From Chrysomallon squamiferum (taxonomy: Eukaryota; Animalia; Mollusca): a DNA stretch of 64,000 bases. Made by a program: the position numbers and the translations under genes. The DNA lies in assembly GCA_012295275.1 (NCBI GenBank), contig CM022679.1:12834001-12898000 (forward strand), given 5' to 3'. The notes beneath the pieces are model-generated. The model was not told the DNA's origin. It searched no databases and saw nothing but the letters and a program-made list of their open reading frames with translations. Shown one piece after another: positions 54,397 through 64,000 of this stretch. How positions within the stretch are numbered: position 1 is the stretch's first letter; each line of letters starts with the position of its first letter.

Positions 54397-55703
54397 AATA
54401 AAAAAATTAAAAACTAAAAACTAAAAAATAAACTAAAATAAAATAAAATTTAAAAAAAAATAAATAAAAATAAAAATAAAACACGATCATTTACGGAAGA
54501 ACTGTATTGTTAATACTTTAACTAGCTGTGTTTTTATTAAAGTATAGATATGTATAATGTGTCTTCTTCCAGAACAATTAATACATTTATTTACAAGTTA
54601 TTATTTTATTGTTTTCTGTGATCTCTCAACGCTTAGTAACAAGGTATGACAATAAAATAATACTATTACAAAACACCGTCACTATATCACTTCACAACTA
54701 GACTCTTTTGTTGTTACATTTAACACTGGACAAGAAAAACTAAATAAAAGAAAACAAAATCATTACTTGGAAATATGTAAAATACATTTAGACAACATCT
54801 TCGTATCAACAAAAAAATACACCTAAAGAAGATTGTCCTGTTTTACAGCTGTTCAGTGAATATATCCAAACTGACAATGAAGAATGTCCTTTTGGACATA
54901 TTAAATTACTGATTTCTGGATGATGACAAAACCAACACGAACCCGTTTCATTGCGATACGGGACACAGTTACGATCAGCCACGCAGCCCTCTCCTGACTT
55001 GAAACTGTGGAACTGAGGACATCTGCCGTAGTAGGTCAAACCCTCGTAACACACGTGATATTCGTTACAATAGCTGCCGTACGGCATCATCAAGTAGTTT
55101 TCTTTTCCCATACACAATGCTGAAAGATACGTACATAGATGGACAGTCAGATAGACAGATAGATAGATAGACAAATAGGTAGATAGGAAGATAGACTGAT
55201 AGACAGATAGATAGGTAGATAGACAGATAGATAGATAGGTAAGTATATAGATAGATAGATAGATAGATACAGATATGCAAATAGATAGACAGATAGGTAT
55301 ATAGATAAAAAGATAGGTACGTAGATATTATATATGCACAAAAAAACAACATTGATATATACATATAAACGGTTTTGGAGTATATTTTAGAAATCTCACA
55401 ACAAACTTACAAGTAAAATTGTCGTGGTAGGAGCAAGCGTTGTTGTAAATGCAGCCTTTGTTGTCGTCGAAGCTGAAGCCGTCTGGACACCTGCCTCTGA
55501 TGGCGAGTTGGTTGAGACACACGTCGTACTGGAAGCACTCGCCGTCATCAGGTCTGTATCTGTAGCCTGAACTCTGATACTGACACAGTCCTGATAAATA
55601 AATACATTATGTGTTTTAAAGCCACTTAATTTATTATTTATTTATTTATTAAAATTATATTATTATTATTATTGCATCATCATCATCATTATCATTATCA
55701 TCA

Positions 55704-55756
<53 letters not shown>

Positions 55757-56336
55757 GTTATTTGGAAAGCAATAAGGACTAACATAGATAGTATGGCAGT
55801 ATAAAATCGTTTCGATTAATATTTTAATTTTGTTCTTGGTAGTGTTTGCAATAAAAAAATAAAATAAAAATCCCATTATTTTCATTAATTTATATTTTAA
55901 TTCAATAAATAGAAATAAAATAATAGTTGCAAAAATTTTATAAAGTCTAAATATTTTTGTGCATCAGTTATATATATAATGTAAAAACAAATTTAAATTT
56001 TAAGGTATTGTTAAATTCAGACTTCTATGAAGTTCTAAGAAGTCAATACGACCTCCTTTTTTTTTTGCGCATTTTATATTTAAAATATATTTACAGTGTT
56101 ATTATGTTTAAATTTATATAAGTATTTTCCCTACTTACCACTCTGATAACCTGAAATATAAAATAATTTAGTTAACATTCATCAGTGCAATTCAAATAAA
56201 CACTAACAAATTAATTTGTTAGAGATAGATCCACATAATATTTTATTAATTATAAGATGAATTCATCTAATATTTATAAGTATTACTTGAATAAAAACAA
56301 CAACAACAATAACAACAGCAATAACAGAAATAAAAA

Positions 56337-56399
<63 letters not shown>

Positions 56400-57017
56400 A
56401 AAATAAATAAAAGGTATTTATATCATATTTAAGTCAGGATGAATGTTAATTTTTAACATCTCTTTAACACATCTTACCATTATAATACATAACAGATATT
56501 AATTAGAGTGTATGCACTGATGATACGACACAGGAATCACAAAGACATTACAGCAAGGCTATTTAGCTGTAAAGATTAGGTTATGTGCACCTTACCCCAG
56601 GCAGGAAGAACCGAACTCATTATTTTCATATACACATGTCGAACGCTGGCTGAAACAGCTGATCCTAGGACACATCACATTTGAGGTATGAGTTCTGCTC
56701 TGAGCTAAAGATCACCCTAATAGTTAAACTTGTTTAACATTTAAAAATAAAATATTAAATTATCACAGGTGTGGAAATGACACTTGGAATATCAGTGATA
56801 TTTGGTTAGATGTTAAAAAAAAACTCACCTGTATGAGGTTCAACGTTGTAATTAGGTGCTGAAAGACAAAACATAAATTCCATTTAAAAGATAAAATAAA
56901 AAAAAAAAAAAAAAAAAGAACAAAAATAAAGATATTCAGCAGAATGATGATAAGCAGTGAAAATTGTAAATAAAATTTCAGTTTTGTTTATTTTGGAAAA
57001 TCATAGTTTTGATAATC

Positions 57018-57093
<76 letters not shown>

Positions 57094-57420
57094 TAAATTA
57101 TACAGAGAACACATATTTTATATTAAATTAATTATAATTGTAACTTTATCTGAGAATACATGTTTGAAGCTCTGTTATATATAATACTATTTTTTCTTCT
57201 TTTAAATTTTTTTTATATATAATATATTTTAAAGACAAGTTTTCAGAGCTTACGATATTGGTTTCCGCCGTTTCCATAGCGATCATTGTTTGGATAGTGC
57301 ATTTCTATAACAGGTTTGAGACTGCTGGCTAGAATAAAGAAAATAAAACAAAAAATATTATCATCATCATTATCATCATCATCATTATCTTTATTATCAT
57401 TATCGTTATTATTATTATAC

Positions 57421-57463
<43 letters not shown>

Positions 57464-57895
57464 TTTATTGACTTTAGGTTTCAAAAATAATTAATCGTTT
57501 GAAATGTATAGACCAGATAACAAGAACAGAAGGAACAAATCTGACATTATTATATTTAAAAATACTACAAAATCACACCCAGAAACACAAACACAGGTAA
57601 AGAACATTTAGTGCTACATATTCTATTAATACATTCAAATATGCCCAAAGCCCACACGCATGCATATTTGGATTCTTTTTCACCATACATCCCACATTTT
57701 TCAACCACATTATCCTCATATTTCAACACCTGTTAATTCTAATTAACAGCCACTGCGTTTTACAACATCTACCACAACTACAGTTTCAACCAATAAAATC
57801 TTCGACAATTAAATCTGTACAATTATACGTACCATCGGGATAAAATATATCGAGCACAAAAGCTGAAATGAAAAAAACGTTATATAGTTCAATAA

Positions 57896-57935
<40 letters not shown>

Positions 57936-60225
57936 TTATTTATTTTCTTAACATGTTTTACTACAGATTTAGTTTTTATATAAATAAACTGAAAGTTATT
58001 AACTAAAGTTCAGTTATTATATCTGAACTATATAAATAAAGACAAATGTTGGAAAACACTTTAAACTGAATCTTCTCTTTTTCTTCTTTTTCTTCTTGTT
58101 AGCATTATTATTATTGTTACCTTTATAAAATTATTCTTTTATAATTATTCTTTTCTTTTTAATCGATATATTGAAAGATTAATCATGTCCTAGAATCCCA
58201 TACAAAGGTCGTATTTGGATGTAGGTATGTGCATGTCTGTGTCTGTATATGTATATGTATGTCTGTATATATGTGTATATGTATGAGTGTGTATATCTCT
58301 GGGTATGTGTTTATATGTGCATAAATATGTATCCGTAGATGTAAGAGAGTATATAAGTGTATGTGTGCAGATGTGAGTATGCATGTGCGCGTGTGTGTGT
58401 ATGTCTGTATTCGAGCATGTATTTAAGAAATGAATGTATTTATTATACTAGTAAAATATAAGATAATCGACTACATCATTAAGCTGACTCACAGTGTTGG
58501 AGTGTTTCACTGGTGTAAGCACAGCTGGGAGAAGGGACGCAGCCATTGTGAAACTCAAACTTGTAGCCTGATGGACAATGTGCGAAAATCGTGTCCCCTC
58601 CAGCACACTTGATAAAAGTGTAGCACGTCAAACCACTGCCTGGAATCTGAAAACGAAATCCTTCTGGCAGTCTGTTAGGTCCATAGCACTGATCTGTGAA
58701 ACAAAGAACAGTAAAATTCTAGGTTTATGAACTAGTATGAATGATTCAATAACTCAGTGAAATAAAGAATTAAAAGAATAATTAAACTGTAATAAACAGT
58801 TTGAAGTGAAAGCAGAATTTATATACACAAATAAACAAGAGTAACGAAAATTAATTAATAATGTTTGTTAGTTGAGAATGAAAAGTATTTTGTTCTTACA
58901 TTAGAAATCTAAATCTTAAAATTAAAACAAATACATGTTTAAAATTAAAACAAATATTTGTCTTAAACGTACTATTTTCTAAATATATCATTTATAATTT
59001 ACTGCTTTATTGTTAAAATAATATGATCATCACTTGTGTTAAAATAACAGTTATATAAAGGTGTATTCAAGGTGCGAATTAAAATATTTGTATGAGATCT
59101 GTACAATAATATCCTTTGGTTGAACAATTTAAAAGTGTATTTGTGCGCATCTTAAAATATTTCAATATGAGCTGTACAATAATACTATTTGGATGATATA
59201 CTTAAACTTCAAATATAAGTTTGATACGTACTATGCTGATAAATACATTTATAATATAAATGTGACTGATACGTACCAACAAGTGTACAGTAACATGTAG
59301 TCGAGGAGAAGAGGTAGCCTATTGGACAGTTCTGTTCTCTGTTGTCTGCATCGAAATATTTCCTTGGAGTTACTGGATGCAACTTAAGTTGACAGTTTAC
59401 AACTAGAGTAAAAAAACAAAATTGCTAGTGTTAAACAAACAGAAACTTGAACAAAGTAAACGTAAATACAAATCTGAATGAAATGTATTTTTATAGAACA
59501 AAGTAAAATTTATTCAGATGTCTTCAATGCATAATGAGAACAAAGTAAACGTATTTTGTTGCAAAATAAAAACAAAATAACGAATTCAGCGCGTAATAAT
59601 AACAAAAGAATTAACTGCGCAATAATTAAGTTAGTAACAAGAATTAATTAAATGTATTTGGTACATAAAGCAATATACGTGTATTCAGTGCGCAATAAGA
59701 ACAAAGCAAACATATACGGCGCGTAACAAGAACAAAGTAAACGTATTCTGTTACCAATACGAACACAGTAAACGTATTCTGTGACCAATACGAACAGAGT
59801 AAACGTATTCTGTGACCAATACGAACAGAGTAAACGTATTCTGTGACCAATACGAACAGAGTAAACGTATTCTGTGACCAATACGAACACAGTAAACGTA
59901 TTCTGTGACCAATACGAACACAGTAAACGTATTCTGTGACCAATACGAACAAAGTAAACGTATTCTGTGACCAATACGAACAAAGTAAACGTATTCTGTG
60001 ACCAATACGAACAGAGTAAACGTATTCTGTGACCAATACGAACAAAGTAAACGTATTCACTGCGCAATAAAAACATAGCAAACGGTGTTGAGGGCGTACT
60101 AAGAATAAATCAAACGTATTCAGTACATGATTAGAAAAATGAAGTGAATGAATTGAGAAATAAAACTCACTTAAAGAATCTGCAACTAATATGAGCGACA
60201 GAATAGTCACAACATGAAGCAACAT
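34094..60225 (-). CDS. Secreted Tyr/His-rich multi chitin-binding type-2 (peritrophin-A/CBM14-like) domain polyprotein, about 40 exons, about 1876 aa
   Basis: Signal peptide [18 protein letters not shown], then 26 exons each encoding C-x13~20-C-x5-C-x9-C-x10~16-C-x5~6-C with CPxGYxF/Y and CYEYYxC motifs, one 4-Cys variant, and 12 short linker exons. All introns are phase 1 GT-AG; summed length 5631 nt; no stop at any junction codon. Confidence 0.88.
34723..34890 (-). CDS. ChtBD2 domain exon 25
   Basis: [52 protein letters not shown]. Confidence 0.9.
34898..35130. repeat. (AAT)n-rich compound microsatellite
   Basis: Long trinucleotide run directly abutting an exon acceptor. Confidence 0.92.
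35711..35899 (-). CDS. ChtBD2 domain exon 24
   Basis: [51 protein letters not shown]. Confidence 0.9.
36590..36766 (-). CDS. ChtBD2 domain exon 23
   Basis: [50 protein letters not shown]. Confidence 0.9.
37176..37355 (-). CDS. ChtBD2 domain exon 22
   Basis: [50 protein letters not shown]. Confidence 0.9.
37851..38033 (-). CDS. ChtBD2 domain exon 21
   Basis: [51 protein letters not shown]. Confidence 0.9.
38577..38618 (-). CDS. Linker exon with RxxR and KR sites
   Basis: ttttcag|[14 protein letters not shown]|gtaagt. Confidence 0.72.
38874..38903 (-). CDS. Linker mini-exon with KR site
   Basis: tttgtag|[10 protein letters not shown]|gtatg. Confidence 0.7.
39170..39595. repeat. Degenerate (ACT/ACC/AAC)n intronic low-complexity tract
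   Basis: Mixed trinucleotide repeats; similar tracts at 41330-41630 and 45130-45710. Confidence 0.85.
39627..39818 (-). CDS. ChtBD2 domain exon 20
   Basis: [50 protein letters not shown]. Confidence 0.9.
40289..40480 (-). CDS. ChtBD2 domain exon 19 (tandem CAGTAG acceptor; may start at 40483)
   Basis: [51 protein letters not shown]. Confidence 0.88.
40921..41118 (-). CDS. ChtBD2 domain exon 18
   Basis: [50 protein letters not shown]. Confidence 0.9.
41762..41944 (-). CDS. ChtBD2 domain exon 17
   Basis: [52 protein letters not shown]. Confidence 0.9.
42469..42645 (-). CDS. ChtBD2 domain exon 16
   Basis: [51 protein letters not shown]. Confidence 0.9.
43097..43285 (-). CDS. ChtBD2 domain exon 15
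   Basis: [52 protein letters not shown]. Confidence 0.9.
43871..44062 (-). CDS. ChtBD2 domain exon 14
   Basis: [50 protein letters not shown]. Confidence 0.9.
44850..45029 (-). CDS. ChtBD2 domain exon 13
   Basis: [50 protein letters not shown]. Confidence 0.88.
45755..45934 (-). CDS. ChtBD2 domain exon 12
   Basis: [51 protein letters not shown]. Confidence 0.9.
46436..46615 (-). CDS. ChtBD2 domain exon 11
   Basis: [51 protein letters not shown]. Confidence 0.9.
46956..46997 (-). CDS. Linker exon with KR site
   Basis: ttacag|[14 protein letters not shown]|gtaaaa. Confidence 0.72.
47896..47997 (-). CDS. Linker exon with furin site, copy B
   Basis: [34 protein letters not shown]; 102 nt. 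Confidence 0.78.
48585..48674 (-). CDS. Duplicated, truncated poly-Tyr exon (Cys-free)
   Basis: [30 protein letters not shown]; 90 nt in frame; strong GTAAGT donor but weak AT-rich acceptor. Confidence 0.55.
49210..49311 (-). CDS. Linker exon with furin site, copy A
   Basis: [34 protein letters not shown]; 102 nt, phase 1-1. Confidence 0.82.
49884..50102 (-). CDS. ChtBD2 domain exon 10 with poly-Tyr tail and RGD
   Basis: [72 protein letters not shown]. Confidence 0.88.
50436..50615 (-). CDS. ChtBD2 domain exon 9
   Basis: [51 protein letters not shown]. Confidence 0.9.
51089..51265 (-). CDS. ChtBD2 domain exon 8
   Basis: [50 protein letters not shown]. Confidence 0.9.
51901..52089 (-). CDS. 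ChtBD2 domain exon 7
   Basis: [52 protein letters not shown]. Confidence 0.9.
52198..52392 (-). CDS. ChtBD2 domain exon 6
   Basis: [56 protein letters not shown]. Confidence 0.9.
52891..52905 (-). CDS. Linker microexon (15 nt)
   Basis: tttttaag|CT GCT GGG TAT ATT G|gtgagt (PAGYI). Confidence 0.55.
53182..53238 (-). CDS. Linker exon with KR site
   Basis: ttccag|[19 protein letters not shown]|gtaagt. Confidence 0.75.
53573..53761 (-). CDS. ChtBD2 domain exon 5
   Basis: [50 protein letters not shown]. Confidence 0.9.
54125..54304 (-). CDS. ChtBD2 domain exon 4
   Basis: [51 protein letters not shown]. Confidence 0.9.
54943..55119 (-). CDS. ChtBD2 domain exon 3
   Basis: [51 protein letters not shown]. 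Confidence 0.88.
55411..55590 (-). CDS. ChtBD2 domain exon 2
   Basis: [52 protein letters not shown]. Confidence 0.9.
56139..56150 (-). CDS. Linker microexon (12 nt)
   Basis: atttcag|GT TAT CAG AGT G|gtaagt (GYQS). Confidence 0.6.
56540..56720 (-). mobile_element. Degenerate tRNA-derived SINE-like remnant
   Basis: Minus strand begins with A-box-like TAGCTCAGAGCAG and later GGATCAG; body is loosely similar to 21605-21775. Confidence 0.35.
56829..56858 (-). CDS. Linker mini-exon (30 nt)
   Basis: tttcag|[10 protein letters not shown]|gtgagt. Confidence 0.7.
57254..57328 (-). CDS. Linker exon (75 nt)
   Basis: [25 protein letters not shown]|gtaagc. Confidence 0.75.
57833..57862 (-). CDS. Linker mini-exon (30 nt)
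   Basis: tttcag|[10 protein letters not shown]|gtacgt. Confidence 0.65.
58493..58693 (-). CDS. ChtBD2 domain exon 1
   Basis: [58 protein letters not shown]. Confidence 0.88.
59277..59402 (-). CDS. Atypical 4-Cys chitin-binding-like exon
   Basis: [41 protein letters not shown]; 126 nt, phase 1-1. Confidence 0.8.
59730..60058. repeat. 31-bp minisatellite, about 10.5 near-perfect copies with degenerate flanking copies
   Basis: Unit GAACA(A/C/G)AGTAAACGTATTCTGTGACCAATAC; decayed copies extend to about 59440 and 60130. Confidence 0.95.
60171..60225 (-). CDS. ChtBD2 polyprotein first coding exon (signal peptide)
   Basis: cag|GAAG ATG...[19 protein letters not shown]|GTGAGT. Confidence 0.85.
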
Positions 60226-60889
60226 CTTCCTGTTAAAACAGAAATCTTTAATTAGTCAAAACAAAACAAACAAATATATTATATATATATATTTCATTTA
60301 TTAGTAAAAATCTATCAAAAGACAATTCATTTTTTTTTTTTAAAGTTCTTTCGGGTTTTTGTTGTATTATTATCATTAAATACATACACATATACATGCA
60401 CACATTATATTAGTAATATGAAAAAAATATGAAAATGTGAAGAAAAAAAACACAATAAAAACGACAATGTAAAAGATAATAATTTAATTAAAAGTTATAA
60501 AAAAGCCAAAAATTAAACCATATATACAGATTTGTTATTAGATAATATTATTATATTATGTTGTGTTATATGTTTTCAAAGGGACACCAGGGACACAAAA
60601 GTATATCAGCTTCAAACAGGATTCAGTTTCTAAAACATAAAATACAACAACAGACTTAATAATATTATTATTAATGCTTTTTACCCAGCCCTGCAGCTAC
60701 AGATTTTTTTACGGTATTTTTATGTTAATAGCTTTGGAAGTCAAATTTATATTGGTTTTAGTAATTTTCTCCTGCAGCAAAATTGTTTTAAATCCACAAT
60801 GGTTTTAAAAGAGGCCTGAGGATTAAATTTCCTTTATTGGGGTACGATCTAATTTCTTTAAATAAACAACATATCTCGCTTTTTGAGAT

Positions 60890-60922
<33 letters not shown>

Positions 60923-61087
60923 TGTCCGGGTACAGAATTTTTTCTGTGCCATTTTCCTTTGCATCAGTAAGCGAAATTTCTTCTTTTTTTTTTTTTAAAT
61001 TTTTCTCCCATAATCTTTCTTCTGAATTTCCCATTTGAAGCTAAGCCCAAACATTGGTTTTGAGATGTTGTATCTATGTAACGATGT

Positions 61088-61195
<108 letters not shown>

Positions 61196-61616
61196 CACCC
61201 TTACCCACCTACCTACCCTTTTAAAATAAATATTTATATATAAGTACAAAACATAAGTACAAATTACATTACATTAGATTATTAATTAAAATTTTATCTA
61301 AAAGCAAAGTAAAGATTAAAATAAAATTATAAGTGAAATAGATACATATTAAAATTTAAATGAAAATAGATTTCTAAATGAAGATTAAGATGAAATAAAT
61401 AATTATATTCAAATGTCAAACATGACGTCGAAGCCAAAAATATATGATGGTTATAATAAAATTAAATATCTATATAAATTATATTAAATTTAATATAAAT
61501 CTGAATGCAAAAATAAAAATGAAATTATAAAATAATTATTTAATTTAACGATAAAGATGATGATGATGATTATAATAACAATAATAAATAAATAAGTAAA
61601 TAACAACAACAAGAGC

Positions 61617-61683
<67 letters not shown>

Positions 61684-61709
61684 TTTAACTTAGAAACACC
61701 AATTCTCAC

Positions 61710-61754
61710 CTGCATCCAATCTCCAACGGAAATCTTCACACAGAAACTAACTGA
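61710..61754 (-). promoter_or_regulatory. Candidate 5' non-coding first exon and initiator of the ChtBD2 gene
   Basis: The ATG exon has an acceptor 4 nt before the ATG, suggesting an upstream exon. Here an Inr-like TCAGTT (61754-61749) is followed by a CAG|GTGAGA donor at 61710. Confidence 0.4.
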
Positions 61755-64000
61755 TAAGTATTTCTTCATTTTCCTAAATATTTTTACTTTCTCTATCATC
61801 CAATCAGATTATAGCATGCAAATAAGTCCCTCCTTTTTTTTTATCATAGACTCTAATTTATGTTCTTACCTTTGTTCATTAAGATGAACTAAATCGTACA
61901 TTTTATTATCTTATTTCTGAAAGAAATAGAGATTAGACCCTGATTAACGACATATTTAATATTTATTTGAAGTACTATTTTCAAAAACGTATATAGTATC
62001 TTGCCTTATGGCTGTACTACTATTAGCATTCTGAGGCAAATCGGTGCATTTGTTTTTAACAGTCTAATGCCCTTCCCTATTAATTCCAAACGGTTTTAAT
62101 AATAATTTACCTGTGGAATTCATAACATCAGATCTGCAGAACACACCAAGATTAATTCGTTTTTCATCACAGCTAAAAATTTTCAAATGCTATGTAAAAT
62201 TCTATTCTCTGTCAGATGCGGTTATTATGGACTATAATTAAATATTTCAGGATTATCAGGATCCAGTATAACATGGACATCATTTATGTTAATATGGCTT
62301 TGCGGACATAATGCATACACATTCGGTGATCCTTCTCAGTACTAATTATTTTTGACATATCAAAATTATACACCTACCACTTAAATAATCTGCTGCAGAA
62401 AGTAAATACCATATAAGACTATATTTATATTTGTTATGTTTGTTTAAATCTTGGCGTGGAGTACAGGATTGCATCTCACCATTTGACTGTGAATTATGAA
62501 TGGCAGCTTTCTACTGAAACTAATTTGCTAACTCGTTAACCTAGATTATGAGTCGAGTTTGTCTAAATATGTCCGATTTACTTATGGTCTGATTAACTAT
62601 TCCTTTACAGAGTGTTTAATTAATTGCTTAATTAACGTAAAAAGTAGATTTTGTGTGTTATCTAATTAAACTCTCTTATCAGAATCAAAACCATGTATTT
62701 TTGTTTTCTAAGTTGAGTTTGCACCTTTAAGACACATACATATATATACATACACACATACATACATAAAAGCGTACGTACATATATACATATATATTAT
62801 GTTATAGAAAGAACTTAGTATGTGTAAAACTTTAAAATATTTTTGCTGCTAAACACCACCTTACATATAACCACAAAATACATGGCGGTAAACATTATTA
62901 CAATTGTTAATTTTATATATTTCCTACTACAGTTAACAAAGCCAGCTGATATGAATATAAAGCAGCTAAAATGCAGTAAAAGTATGTTTTCAAATATAAC
63001 TAATTTGAATTAACAGTTATCCTGAGTCACATCCAGAAACTGTAAAAACATCAACTATTGGAAAGGTCTTTTAACGACTATTAAACGTATTTTTTAAAGC
63101 AATTACTGACAGTACTGCTCTTTTTTATCTGCTAAAACTGGAAACAAATGTCTGACTCCATGAAAGAAAACTTTAAAAAAAACATTTATTGGTAACATGT
63201 TCTATAGTTATTGGTGTGTAGTATATACTTTTTACTAACATGTAAAGTGTTAGACATTAACCAATATACAAATAAAACAGCTACAACAACAAAATTAAAA
63301 CAAAAAGAAATCAAGTTAAACGAATATATAACTGATTCTTTTATTTTAAGAGCGAAATAATATAATAATTATTGCTTAATATTATTTATTTATTTTATTT
63401 TATTTTATTTTATTTTATTTTATTTTATTATTTTTTTTTATCTTATTTTATTTACTTTTTTGTCAATACACATTTATCTGTAAAGACAAAAACATGTTAA
63501 TTTGGTTTTAACATAATTGGCCTGGGGTGAAGAAGTCTTAGTCGTTTTAGTATTTTCATTTTTTTTATTCTGAGGTCCACTTATCTGATTAACCCATAAA
63601 ACTTAGAGTCATGATTTCCCTAGAGTATCTGATAAACAGCTTTTAAATATGTAATAAAATCATGCAGAAAATATGAAAATAATGCATTTTGTAAGTGTAT
63701 AGATAGATGTATGTACGTACGTATGTATATGTTTATGTATATATGTTTGGGTGTCTGTATGTGTGTTGTGTGTGAGTGTGTGTGTGTATTTTTTGTATGC
63801 ACGTACATATAAACCGATATAAGAATTTATGAATGTATAGTGGTATATTTATGGTGTAATTACATATAGACATTAAAGTATTTTTCACCTTTCTCTATCT
63901 GAATTCCAAGCTCTCTTTCTCTTTTTGCTTCACATTTATATACATACAGACATACGCACACAAAGGCATTCAGACAAACATACATAAATTCAGAATTAAT

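Noticed and set aside
59730-60058. CRISPR-like array
   Set aside because: Units are head-to-tail with no unique spacers, there are no cas genes, and the context is a eukaryotic intron.
59644-60170. 193-aa, 142-aa and 84-aa repetitive ORFs
   Set aside because: They are read-through of the 31-bp minisatellite. The real exon ends at the GTGAGT donor at 60170.

Overview
AT-rich, microsatellite-dense animal genomic DNA, most likely a mollusc/gastropod (inference from protein content and SINE-like remnants). It holds two intron-rich genes, both on the minus strand. Gene 1 is a complete BMP type I receptor (BMPR1/ALK3-6/Tkv class): 11 coding exons at 8805-29256, 519 aa by manual splicing, with one GC-AG intron. 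Gene 2 is a large secreted Tyr/His-rich protein: about 40 coding exons at 34094-60225, about 1876 aa by manual splicing. It has a signal peptide, 26 six-Cys chitin-binding type-2 (peritrophin-A/CBM14-like) domains plus one atypical 4-Cys domain, each on its own phase-1 exon. Small linker exons carry KR and GRKRR convertase sites, so gene 2 looks like a polyprotein cut into domain blocks plus a Cys-free poly-Tyr peptide created by a recent ~1.4 kb tandem duplication. All gene models were spliced by eye without RNA evidence. Most ORFs in the supplied track are microsatellite artefacts.
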